Assembly (NCBI GenBank): GCA_963787835.1
Contig: CAWBEI010000002.1
Location: 512,001 to 576,000, forward strand
Direction: 5' to 3'
Length of the DNA stretch: 64,000 nucleotides
From: Ignavibacteriota bacterium
GTDB lineage: Bacteria > Bacteroidota > Ignavibacteria > Palsa-1295
The notes beneath the pieces are model-generated. The model was not told where the DNA came from and ran no database searches. It saw only the letters and a list, made by a program, of their open reading frames with translations. Positions 38,734 to 47,985 of the stretch are shown piece by piece (position 1 is the stretch's first letter; each line of letters opens with the position of its first letter). Position numbers and translations under genes: made by a program.

Positions 38734-40032
38734 TCAATGTACCACTTCTACTTTCGCGAACTGATCTCCCATTCGCAGAAAATAGAGTCCGGCTGGTAAT
38801 CGCGAAACATCCATCACGGCTCTTATCCCGTCCATCGTGGCATTCATTCGCTCGCATCCCATTACATCGAAAAGATGGAGAATTCCGGTTACTCCACCAG
38901 TAATTTGAAGCTCACCCGTCGCCGGAGTGGGAAATACCGAAAAGACACTACCGGAATTCATAGCACTTTCCACTACACTCGCAGCCGATGTGTCCTCCTC
39001 CCAAAGACCGCCATCAAAAAGTGCGCCATTGCCATACGTCATTCCCGCAATAGTAATGCCCTTAGAACTGTAAAATCGGTCATTAGAAAAATTCGTTCTG
39101 TATGATGGGCCTCCCTCGTTTTCCCAAGTAACACCTGAGTCCATGGAAACATACATCCCTGAATCGGTTTGAATGAACAGTCGCGAAAGGTTGCCTTGGA
39201 TTATGCCTGTCCCGGACGGTGCAATAAAATTGAAATGTGAATCCTGAACGGGGCCAAAATTCTTGGTTACCCTCCACGTCTGGCCGTAATCATCGCTACG
39301 GCGAATTATGATATTTCCAAGATCCGCTTCAAAGCAGATGGAAGTACCGGGAATTGTAAGAGGTTGAGTACACCAAACTGGCGTTTCCACGGTATGCCAT
39401 GATAAACCGCCATCCGTTGTTCGCATAATTCCAGTATATCCCTTGGATGTATCACTGGTTCCGGGATAGACTGCGACAATTCCGACAGAATCCGAGAAGA
39501 ATGAAAAGCCACCTGAACTGAGAGTGGTAGCCAGTTCCCAAGTATTTCCTAAGTCTTTAGAAACCTTTATCCCTGTGTCAGACGTGCTGAGAAAAAGCAA
39601 GTTAGTAAGTTCACAGTAGTGAACCGCTAATGCTCCCGTAATCGACCCAGGTACGTCCTGTTGAGTCCACGTTTCTCCACCATCCGTAGTTCGGTAGCAC
39701 GCGTCTGTATTGCCAAACATCGAGAACCATCCTGTTAAACTGTCCTTAAAGCAAATATCAGTGACATAGTATTCGGCGAAAGACTTACCTTTGTCCCATA
39801 CGCTTCTCCATGATTTTCCTCCATCGGTCGTCTTATGCAGTTCGGATTCCGTCCCTACAAATCCAATTCGATGTGGGCCAGGCAGATCAAGAAAGTACAC
39901 ACACGTAATATATTCTCCGATCTGATTACCCATACCATCTGAGGCCTTGAAATCAGCAATTTCCCGCCACTGAGCGTTCACATCGCTACTCAAAAGCGAG
40001 AGAACGATAAAGGCTGCCGTGGCGAGTCTCAT
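38734..40032 (-). CDS. BNR-repeat protein with T9SS CTD
   Basis: Signal peptide, TTDGGxxW repeats, VFPTPAT...LPAGLYFLR. Confidence 0.88.
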   Translation of the reverse strand: MRLATAAFIVLSLLSSDVNAQWREIADFKASDGMGNQIGEYITCVYFLDLPGPHRIGFVGTESELHKTTDGGKSWRSVWDKGKSFAEYYVTDICFKDSLTGWFSMFGNTDACYRTTDGGETWTQQDVPGSITGALAVHYCELTNLLFLSTSDTGIKVSKDLGNTWELATTLSSGGFSFFSDSVGIVAVYPGTSDTSKGYTGIMRTTDGGLSWHTVETPVWCTQPLTIPGTSICFEADLGNIIIRRSDDYGQTWRVTKNFGPVQDSHFNFIAPSGTGIIQGNLSRLFIQTDSGMYVSMDSGVTWENEGGPSYRTNFSNDRFYSSKGITIAGMTYGNGALFDGGLWEEDTSAASVVESAMNSGSVFSVFPTPATGELQITGGVTGILHLFDVMGCERMNATMDGIRAVMDVSRLPAGLYFLRMGDQFAKVEVVH

Positions 40033-40043
40033 TTATTTTTCAT

Positions 40044-42989
40044 TTATCTCACTAACATCAACTCCTTCGAACGAATATTCTGCCCGCCGTCAAGAGCCGT
40101 GGTCGCAACGCGGAGCATGAGTGCGCCGGTGGGAAGGTTTTGCGGGAGCGCGAGGTCGCGGTCGTTGGTGCCGGAGGTGCAACTCATAGTGCCACTCCAC
40201 AGCGTGCGGCCAAGAATATCGGTAAGCGAAAGGTTTAGGGTGGCGCCTATCGGCGTTTGTATCACCAGATGCAGGTTATCTTCGTTCGTGATCTCAGCGC
40301 GCTCGATGGCAATGGGCTGGCCGAGCAGCGCAGTCCGCAGGAGCGAATCGCCGCATAGGTTCTGCCCGAGAAACAGCGTGGTTGCCTTCGGCGAAACGTA
40401 ATCGATCTGGCATCCGGCATTCGTTCCGGAAAGGGAACTGGAAACCACGATCGGCGAATAGGAGGAATCGGCAACAAAGGTCTTGAACCACAAATGTGCA
40501 AGAATTCCCGGCGTGCTCGCAAGCGCCGCCAGCGAAGTAAAATGCAGCGTGTCGGTCGCAATGCCATACGAGATCTTTGGCATCGGCCACGTGGTGGTAA
40601 GCGTTCCGTTCAGGTCGGCGTGGTCGTAGGTCAGCACGTTGTGGTCGTAGGTGAGGTACAGATCGAATTGCAGGACGTCGGAAGCAGCAGGAAGCCCCGT
40701 CAGGCCAATATCCGCCAGCGCCTGATCGCCCAATGAAACCGAGGACGTGGTGATCGTCAGCATGGTGTGCGTGGTGTCGGCATTACGAACGATCGGGAAC
40801 ACAAGCGCGTAACTGTGCGAGAGCGTATCTCCGCACCGGAGGTAATAAATAGTTACATGGATGGTATCAGCGCCGGTCACGTTCTGCGGCTCGAATTGCA
40901 AAAGCAGCAGCGAATCGCTCCCGGAAAGCGCGCCTGGGGAAGGAACTTGTAACTGATACATACCCGTCGCCTGCCCGCTTTCGGTATAAAACACATTCGT
41001 AAGCAACGCTCCGCGCGTTGAGCTGATAAAATGCTCCGTCGCGGTATCGAACGCTACCACGATCTTCGCAAGCACGAAGCCATCGCTCGCGGTAACGACA
41101 GAATCCGTGGTGATCGCAATGGTAAGCGGCTCGCAAACGGTCGCAGCGGTATGCGAGAGCAGAAATTGCCTATCGAGCGAGTCGGTGGAGGGCTCGATCG
41201 CAAACGTCACGGGCTGGATGGAAAGGGATTCCGTATCGTCACCGCAGTAGCTTGGGGTGGAATTGTTCCCAACGGTCGTTGCGGTAACGGATTTCCATCC
41301 CGAGAAGATCAACCGGAACAGATCGCTGCCGGTAATGAACGGATCGCCATAGATCGTTACCGTTGCAAACCCCGGCGTTGACGAATCCACAGAATAACTA
41401 CCATTGTTGAGAATGGCTCCCGGCTGCAAGCCTACAAGATGCAGCGTAGTGGGATCGTAGGTGATCGGGACCGTCAGCGAGATCAGGTTCTCGCCATTGG
41501 GAACGGCCGGAGCGAGCGTTGCATCGACATTGAAATCCGAGCAGGTTTGCACAGAATCAGCCGTAAGCACTACAACATGGGAGGTCGTATCCCGAATGGG
41601 CATTGTGCCGGCCGTGCAGGCCATGAAGGAATAGGCATCGCCCGCATCGAAGCCGGTGACGAGTGCGAAGAGCGGGTCCGGCGATATGATCTCATGTTCC
41701 CCCGGCGGAATCGAAGGCGTAAGCGCGCTGTAATTACCTCCGTTGATGACCGAAGAGAGAGCGCCCGTGAGCGAGAGAGGCGTGCCATCGAGCGTAGCAG
41801 TGGCAAGGTCAGCCGTCGGGCAAATGATGGGAACCCAGTGCAGGAACGTGGGAGGAAGCTCCGGCGTATTCCAGATCAGGGTATCGGTGTAATACTCGGT
41901 ATCGAGCACGGTAACGAGTGTTGGATCGCCGACGAAGGTACCTAAATTAAAGTCATAGAAATCGCTCCCGCGCGTCAATTGATGCGCTTCGACAAGGAGC
42001 GGGTTGCCTTGCAGATCGAACGTGTGGATCTCCGCAGTTCCGGAAAATTCTGCAGCGACTCGGCCATTGGTCGATGTCGCAAACCCACCGTTGAACTGCG
42101 CGTAGAAATCCCGGTCGCTCGTGAGCACCATCTGCACACCGGAATCCGAATTCCCAAGCGGCTCTACGAGAAAGTGCGAACCCCACCACTTCTTTCCGAT
42201 CAGCTCATCCATCAGTTCGTTGCAGGACTGATCCCCGACCGGTACATACCCACAGGTGAGTCCGGAAATAACGCTGACAGGCTTTGTCGATTGAATCTTC
42301 GACCCGGAAAGCGAAGGATCCGAAGGATGATCGGAAGTATCCGCTTTCACGATGTAGCATTCTCCGTGGTTGAGCGTAACGGTGACCGGCATGCCGCCCG
42401 GCAACCCGTTCAGGTTGCTGATCGAGGGAGTGATTGTCACCAGTGTGGAATCGTATGCGGCTGTGATGAGAAATTCATTGTTGTTACGCTCCGAGAATTC
42501 ATCCGCCGGGTCATCCCAAATGCCCCATCCGAAGGTTACATAACTTGTGTCGAGCGCATTATCTGGAAGTATTTGTGTGGCATCGCCGGCATCGAACACA
42601 TAATCGTGAAATACAAGATTAACCGGTTCCGTGGTATGGATAATCAGCCCCTTGTTGGTTTTGCCAAGATCGTTCAACTGCAGAAGATTGTATGGCAGAT
42701 CGATGACGGTCGCCGCGCCCGGCCCAAACGAGAAATCCTGAATATAACCGGATGGCGAAATAACCACGCCACAACCCGAAAACTGGCTCACGACCGTAAG
42801 CATAAGCGTCGATTGCTGGGCGGACGCACTGCTATCGCCAACGAGATCGTCAGCACCCTGAATGATTCCAAAGCTAAAGTTCTGTCCGGCGCGCGGAAGT
42901 ATCGTCTGGCCATTGCCAACAGACGCAGAAAATACTACCCCTGCGACGAGAAGCATAGCACAGGAATGCGACATGAACGATCGGACCAT
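40044..42989 (-). CDS. IgGFc-binding-domain protein with cohesin-like domains and probable T9SS CTD
   Basis: LNHGECY, LSGSKIQSTKPVSVISG, ITYDPTTL/LTYDHNVL, TDILGRTL. Start codon uncertain. Confidence 0.8.
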   Translation of the reverse strand: MVRSFMSHSCAMLLVAGVVFSASVGNGQTILPRAGQNFSFGIIQGADDLVGDSSASAQQSTLMLTVVSQFSGCGVVISPSGYIQDFSFGPGAATVIDLPYNLLQLNDLGKTNKGLIIHTTEPVNLVFHDYVFDAGDATQILPDNALDTSYVTFGWGIWDDPADEFSERNNNEFLITAAYDSTLVTITPSISNLNGLPGGMPVTVTLNHGECYIVKADTSDHPSDPSLSGSKIQSTKPVSVISGLTCGYVPVGDQSCNELMDELIGKKWWGSHFLVEPLGNSDSGVQMVLTSDRDFYAQFNGGFATSTNGRVAAEFSGTAEIHTFDLQGNPLLVEAHQLTRGSDFYDFNLGTFVGDPTLVTVLDTEYYTDTLIWNTPELPPTFLHWVPIICPTADLATATLDGTPLSLTGALSSVINGGNYSALTPSIPPGEHEIISPDPLFALVTGFDAGDAYSFMACTAGTMPIRDTTSHVVVLTADSVQTCSDFNVDATLAPAVPNGENLISLTVPITYDPTTLHLVGLQPGAILNNGSYSVDSSTPGFATVTIYGDPFITGSDLFRLIFSGWKSVTATTVGNNSTPSYCGDDTESLSIQPVTFAIEPSTDSLDRQFLLSHTAATVCEPLTIAITTDSVVTASDGFVLAKIVVAFDTATEHFISSTRGALLTNVFYTESGQATGMYQLQVPSPGALSGSDSLLLLQFEPQNVTGADTIHVTIYYLRCGDTLSHSYALVFPIVRNADTTHTMLTITTSSVSLGDQALADIGLTGLPAASDVLQFDLYLTYDHNVLTYDHADLNGTLTTTWPMPKISYGIATDTLHFTSLAALASTPGILAHLWFKTFVADSSYSPIVVSSSLSGTNAGCQIDYVSPKATTLFLGQNLCGDSLLRTALLGQPIAIERAEITNEDNLHLVIQTPIGATLNLSLTDILGRTLWSGTMSCTSGTNDRDLALPQNLPTGALMLRVATTALDGGQNIRSKELMLVR

Positions 42990-43205
42990 GGGATGCAGCT
43001 TATTTCTTATTTCTATCGAACGTTTGAGAGCAGGAAAGTAGTGTCCGGCATGAACGACAACGACGAAGTCCGGCCACAATTTTTATTATCCTCCAAGGTT
43101 ATCTACGGATGACCTAATAACACCTAATACCATAAAAGGTAACGCAAATACATATTAAAACCGTTGCTTACTGAATTCACATCCCCAAAATGCCGTTTAA
43201 CCTAC

Positions 43206-44345
43206 ATGACCGATCATGCGCCGAGGCAGATTCAACAAAATCCCCGAATTCAGGAGGCTCTGCGCACATTGTACCGCTGGGCAAACGATCGGGATTTCCT
43301 CGGGCACGACCCGCACGATCTGCTAAATGCGCCGCTGTTGCAGCATGTTCATAATCCGACTGCCCGCCTAATCGCGTTGCAGCTTGGGCGCCGATCTGTT
43401 ATTAATTTACATACGTTGCTAAGCGTCCCACACGCGGAAAATCCGAAAGCACTCGCGCTTTTCATGATGGGCCTGCTGCGAGCACGGGAACAGATCACGC
43501 CCGATTGGAAAGTAGATGCCGCAAAAATTGGTGACCGTCTGCTCAACTCTCAGCACGCGAATGGTGGCTGGGGTTATGCCTTCCCCTGGCAATCCCGAAC
43601 GCATTTCCTTCCAGCAAACACGCCGAATATTGTGACGACATCGTTCGTTGGCACAGCCCTGCTCGAACTTCAGAAGCATTCTGCATCGCCAAGGTTATTA
43701 GACGCCATCCATCGCACGGCGCAATATATTGAGTCGCTCGAAACTGGAAGTTCTGCCTTTGGCTATGCAGAGAATGATCCGCAGATCGTGTTTAACGCAT
43801 CGCTTCTAGGTGCAGAATTTTTATTGAAGGTCGGGTTGCTATTTGCAAATCCTCAATATGTAGAACAGGCTCGTCTGGCGGCGGAATTTGTCGCGGATCA
43901 TCAACGGGCGGATGGTGGGTGGGACTACGGCCTCGAACCCTCGCAACACTGGACGGATTCGTTCCATACCGGATTTGTACTTCTCTCGATGAAATCTATT
44001 GCCGATACCATCGGAGATGGACGACTCAAAACATCGACCCAGCGTGGATTCGAATACTATCGCACCGCGTTCCTCGAACCGGATTTTTCCATTCGCTATT
44101 TCCCCGGCAAACGTTACCCGATAGATTCACATGCACTTGGGCAAGCAATGGTAACATTCGAAACCTTCGGCGATCATGAAACTGTGTCACGAATTGCGGA
44201 ATTCGCTCTCCACAATATGCGATCACCGCAGGGATATTTCTATTATCAAAAGCACCAGTTGTTCACCAACAAAATTCCGTATATGAGGTGGTCGAACGCA
44301 TGGATGTTTCTGGGACTCTCATCAGTACTGAGTAGCGAGCAATGA
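43206..44345 (+). CDS. Alpha/alpha-toroid protein typical of surface-polysaccharide loci
   Basis: WGYAFPWQSR, Q.ADG.WDYG, DSFHTGF, PYMRWSNAWM. Confidence 0.75.
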   Translation: MTDHAPRQIQQNPRIQEALRTLYRWANDRDFLGHDPHDLLNAPLLQHVHNPTARLIALQLGRRSVINLHTLLSVPHAENPKALALFMMGLLRAREQITPDWKVDAAKIGDRLLNSQHANGGWGYAFPWQSRTHFLPANTPNIVTTSFVGTALLELQKHSASPRLLDAIHRTAQYIESLETGSSAFGYAENDPQIVFNASLLGAEFLLKVGLLFANPQYVEQARLAAEFVADHQRADGGWDYGLEPSQHWTDSFHTGFVLLSMKSIADTIGDGRLKTSTQRGFEYYRTAFLEPDFSIRYFPGKRYPIDSHALGQAMVTFETFGDHETVSRIAEFALHNMRSPQGYFYYQKHQLFTNKIPYMRWSNAWMFLGLSSVLSSEQ

Positions 44346-45478
44346 GTACCGAGTTAAAAAATAATGAAGGAATACCAGACGAGCCCCACTCGGTACTCGG
44401 TACTCGCCCACTCGGTACTCAAATATGGATCGACATGGAGAATTCCCCGCATGTCCCATTCTTCCTGCCGATCATTCTGGAATTGGAACGAAATGGTTGT
44501 GAAGTGATCCTCACCGCTCGTGATTTTGCTCAAACCCGCGAGCTGGTCGAACGCGCAGGGCTGAACGCACGAATCATCGGCGGAGAATATGGAAATAATA
44601 CAGCGATAAAATCGCTGGGGCTGCTTTTTCGTGCGCTTCGTTTAGCATGGTTTATGCGGGGACGCAAAATTTCGCTCGCCGTTGGTCATGGCTCGCGTGG
44701 ATTGCTGCTTGCTTCGCGAATGCTCGGGATAACAGTTCTTGAACTTTACGATTACGAAGGTGCAAGCGTCCGGCTCTTCAATCGTCTCAGCAATTTCGTG
44801 ATGACCCCGGAAGCTATTCCATTTTCTACCCTCGAAACGCTCGGACTATCGAAAGAAAAACATCTCGTCTATCCCGGATTGAAGGAGGATGTTTATGCCA
44901 GCGATTTCAAACCGAATGGCAAAATAATTAGCGAACTTGGCCTTGATCCATCTCGTATTCTCATCACCATTCGCCCGCCTTCGAGCACGGCGCATTACCG
45001 GAGTGAGGAATCATTCCGGTTATTCGGTGGAATTATGGAGATCATTGGAGATCGTGATGATATTCAAATTGTTTTTCTTCCTCGAACAAAAAACCACCCC
45101 CCAGCCCCCTCCTACTCCGCTTCGCTTCGTAGGAGGGGGAGTATTATTACCCCTCCTTTCGCCGTCGATGGTTTGAACCTTCTCTATCATTCCGATCTTG
45201 TTATTTCCGGCGGTGGCACGATGAACCGCGAAGCTGCCGCGCTTCGCATTCCGACAGTTACCATCTTCAAAGGCCCAATGGGGGCAGTCGATCAATGGCT
45301 GATAGACTCCGGCAAAATGATCGCGATCGATAATGCAGAGGAAATCGTGCCGATGCTGCGAAAACGGCAACCGACTATTACTCGATGTTCAGACTCTGCT
45401 AAATATGTTATTCTCGATGCGATTTTGAACATTGCAAATGGTAAAGCATCCTCGTCCCGAAGGGACAGAAGGAAATAG
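44342..45478 (+). CDS. DUF354 family GT-B-like protein
   Basis: IWIDMENSPHVPFF, LTARD, ISGGGTMNREAA. Confidence 0.88.
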   Translation: MSTELKNNEGIPDEPHSVLGTRPLGTQIWIDMENSPHVPFFLPIILELERNGCEVILTARDFAQTRELVERAGLNARIIGGEYGNNTAIKSLGLLFRALRLAWFMRGRKISLAVGHGSRGLLLASRMLGITVLELYDYEGASVRLFNRLSNFVMTPEAIPFSTLETLGLSKEKHLVYPGLKEDVYASDFKPNGKIISELGLDPSRILITIRPPSSTAHYRSEESFRLFGGIMEIIGDRDDIQIVFLPRTKNHPPAPSYSASLRRRGSIITPPFAVDGLNLLYHSDLVISGGGTMNREAAALRIPTVTIFKGPMGAVDQWLIDSGKMIAIDNAEEIVPMLRKRQPTITRCSDSAKYVILDAILNIANGKASSSRRDRRK

Positions 45479-45635
45479 CCGAGGACGTAAGTCCCCGGAC
45501 GGGAAGGTAACGCGATAAAAGAGTCCCGAAGGGACTGAAGAACGGGATTTCTTTCGCCCCTTCGGGACTTTGAATAATAACCTATTTCTCCGGGGGCTAA
45601 CGCCCCCCGGCTATTTCCTTCTGTCCCTTCGGGAT
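45455..45635. repeat. REP-like composite palindrome
   Basis: CCCGAAGGGACAGAAGGAAATAGCC...GGCTATTTCCTTCTGTCCCTTCGGG. Confidence 0.85.
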
Positions 45636-45642
45636 TAACTCC

Positions 45643-46218
45643 ATGAATATTCGATTACTGATTATTGTTCTCTTCGCGCTTTCCACCGGCTGCAAAATGA
45701 AAGCCGAGCAAAGCCAAATGAACGCAACTTCCGACACAATTTTAACGAAATCCAGCATGACTATCACCTCAACCGCTTTTCATAACGATTCCACCATTCC
45801 ACAAAAGTTCACCTGTCAGGGCGAGGACATCTCCCCTGCGCTTGCTTGGACTGGCGCTCCAGCAGAAACGCAAAGCTTTGCCTTGCTCTGCGAAGACCCC
45901 GACGCTCCCGGAGGAACATACATTCATTGGGTCGCCTATAACATTCCCACGACCGAACGCGGACTTGCAGAAAATTTCCCAAAGCGCGATAAACTCCCCA
46001 ACGGCACACGCCAGGGCATTAACGATTTCAAACAAATGGGCTACGGTGGTCCGTGTCCGCCACCGGGGAAGGCGCACCGGTATTACTTCAAGCTTTACGC
46101 GCTCGATGCGATGCTCAACATTCCCGGCGAAGCAACCCGCGATCAGCTCCTGAACGCGATGCACGGCCACATCCTCGCCGAAAGCGAGACAATGGGTATG
46201 TACCAGAGGAAATTATGA
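45643..46218 (+). CDS. YbhB/YbcL (PEBP/RKIP-like) lipoprotein
   Basis: Lipobox LSTGC; DPDAP, HW, GYGGPCPP, HRYYFKLYALD. Confidence 0.93.
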   Translation: MNIRLLIIVLFALSTGCKMKAEQSQMNATSDTILTKSSMTITSTAFHNDSTIPQKFTCQGEDISPALAWTGAPAETQSFALLCEDPDAPGGTYIHWVAYNIPTTERGLAENFPKRDKLPNGTRQGINDFKQMGYGGPCPPPGKAHRYYFKLYALDAMLNIPGEATRDQLLNAMHGHILAESETMGMYQRKL

Positions 46219-46259
46219 ATTACGAATGACAAATGACGAATTTGAGAAGGGCAAATCAA

Positions 46260-47112
46260 ATGAAGCAATTAACGCTATTAATCCTTCTTTCGACCATTAT
46301 TGGCTGTACTGTTGAGATACATGAGTCGCAGCTTCTTTCTCCAAGCAGAGCTTCTATTTTACCGAATGACTCGCTTTCTTTTGGTATTCTTAAGGGTGAA
46401 AATATTGCTGTTGTTTCAGAACCCGGTGTTACTCTTCGGGGTATAAGCCTTCAAAATCCGTCGGCGAATAAAACGATCATCTACTTCTATGGAAATGGCG
46501 GTAAGCTCATAAATAAGGATATAAGAACGACTCTGGATTCGCTTGCGATTAAGTTGGATGCTAATTTTATCTCCTTCGATTATCGAGGATACGGCTTTAG
46601 CGATGGCGACGCATCACTCTCTGCACTTTTGACAGATGCCTTTGAAGCTTTACGATACGGTAAAAGCTCGCTGGAGTTCGAACCAGCCGCTGTATGTGTT
46701 TGGAAGATCAATTGGGGCAGGGCCAGCAATGTTTGTGGCGAGCGAGCGAAAATGCGCTGGGATGATACTTCAATCTCCGCCAGCGTCAGCATCCGAAGTC
46801 ATTCCAACTTGGACAGGCATGATGCCGTGGTACGAAAGTATCTTCGTTTCGCTCAGGCCGGACAGCGCTCTGGCTAACCTCAAACCTCAGACAACCGATC
46901 TCGCAGCCAAAATTAGCGTTCCTACTCTAATTATTCATGGCTCTAAAGATGATTTTGTCTTGCCAAAATTTGGCAAAGAACTATTCGAGAAAATCGTATC
47001 TAAGAATAAGGACTTTATCGAGATTCCTGGCGTCGGCCATTGGGATTTGATCCCGTACAGGTCACCCGTCGTTGATAGCATAAGGTCATTTTTCGACCGA
47101 ATAAATAAATGA
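46260..47112 (+). pseudogene. Alpha/beta-hydrolase lipoprotein split by a frameshift
   Basis: Frame 1 has YFYGNGG and DYRGYGFS; frame 2 has GRSIG, IIHGSKDD and GH. The switch lies near 46641. Confidence 0.8.
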
Positions 47113-47265
47113 AAGGATATTGTTGTGGATGATGGAATTCTAAAAGGGAATCCAGTCATTCTTCATTCTTAATTAACCCTGCCACCATTTCCCTTCTAAT
47201 TACTCTTACCTATCGTGGACGCATCATCGCAAGGATGATCCCCACAACCGCGGTACACTTTACGC

Positions 47266-47985
47266 ATGAACGAAACTGACGAGGTCGGGAGTCTATCTAC
47301 TATAGATAGTCTTCCGTTTGCTGGGCACATTGGCACGAGTCCATCGGGCTTGAGCCACGCTGGCACCAAACAGCGCGAATTTCTCGCGCTGCTGATGCCT
47401 GTGCTCCCAAAACTCTCGCGTTTTTGCCAGGCGATGTGCCGCGATAAACACGGCCCCGACTGGAGCAGCAATGCTGAACGCGCGAAAGAGCTCGTAAGCG
47501 AGACGATCCTGAAAGCCTACGAACACTTCGACAAGATCCGGGAGCCAAATGCTTTTTTGAGCTATCTCTTCACGATCGCAAGCCGTACCAATCGTCACGA
47601 GCGTGTGAGAAGCAAAAGATGGCAGCCGATCTCTGATATTGAAATGGAAGCATTCGCAGACGAACGGAATGCGCCCGATGCAAACGCCGATGTCGCTCAT
47701 CTTTACGCGGCACTCGCTAAGCTTCCTAAAAAGCAGCGCGAAGCCATCATCATGAGCGAGATCACAGGATTAAAATTGGAGGAAGTGGCGAGCATTCAAT
47801 CGTCGTCGCTTTCAGCAGTGAAATCCCGCGTGTCGCGCGGACGCAAAAAGCTCGCAAAACTGCTCGGTGTGAATGAAGAATCAGTTCCCGCTCCGTCGGT
47901 CGGATTAAATCCATCGAACGGAATGGGTAACGGTGGGAGCTTCTATCACACAAAGTTCGCTTTCGAAGCCAAAGAGAAAATATGA
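47266..47985 (+). CDS. ECF RNA polymerase sigma factor
   Basis: ELVSETILKAY..F, FLSYLFTIA, LPKKQREAIIM, VKSRVSRGRKKL. Confidence 0.93.
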   Translation: MNETDEVGSLSTIDSLPFAGHIGTSPSGLSHAGTKQREFLALLMPVLPKLSRFCQAMCRDKHGPDWSSNAERAKELVSETILKAYEHFDKIREPNAFLSYLFTIASRTNRHERVRSKRWQPISDIEMEAFADERNAPDANADVAHLYAALAKLPKKQREAIIMSEITGLKLEEVASIQSSSLSAVKSRVSRGRKKLAKLLGVNEESVPAPSVGLNPSNGMGNGGSFYHTKFAFEAKEKI

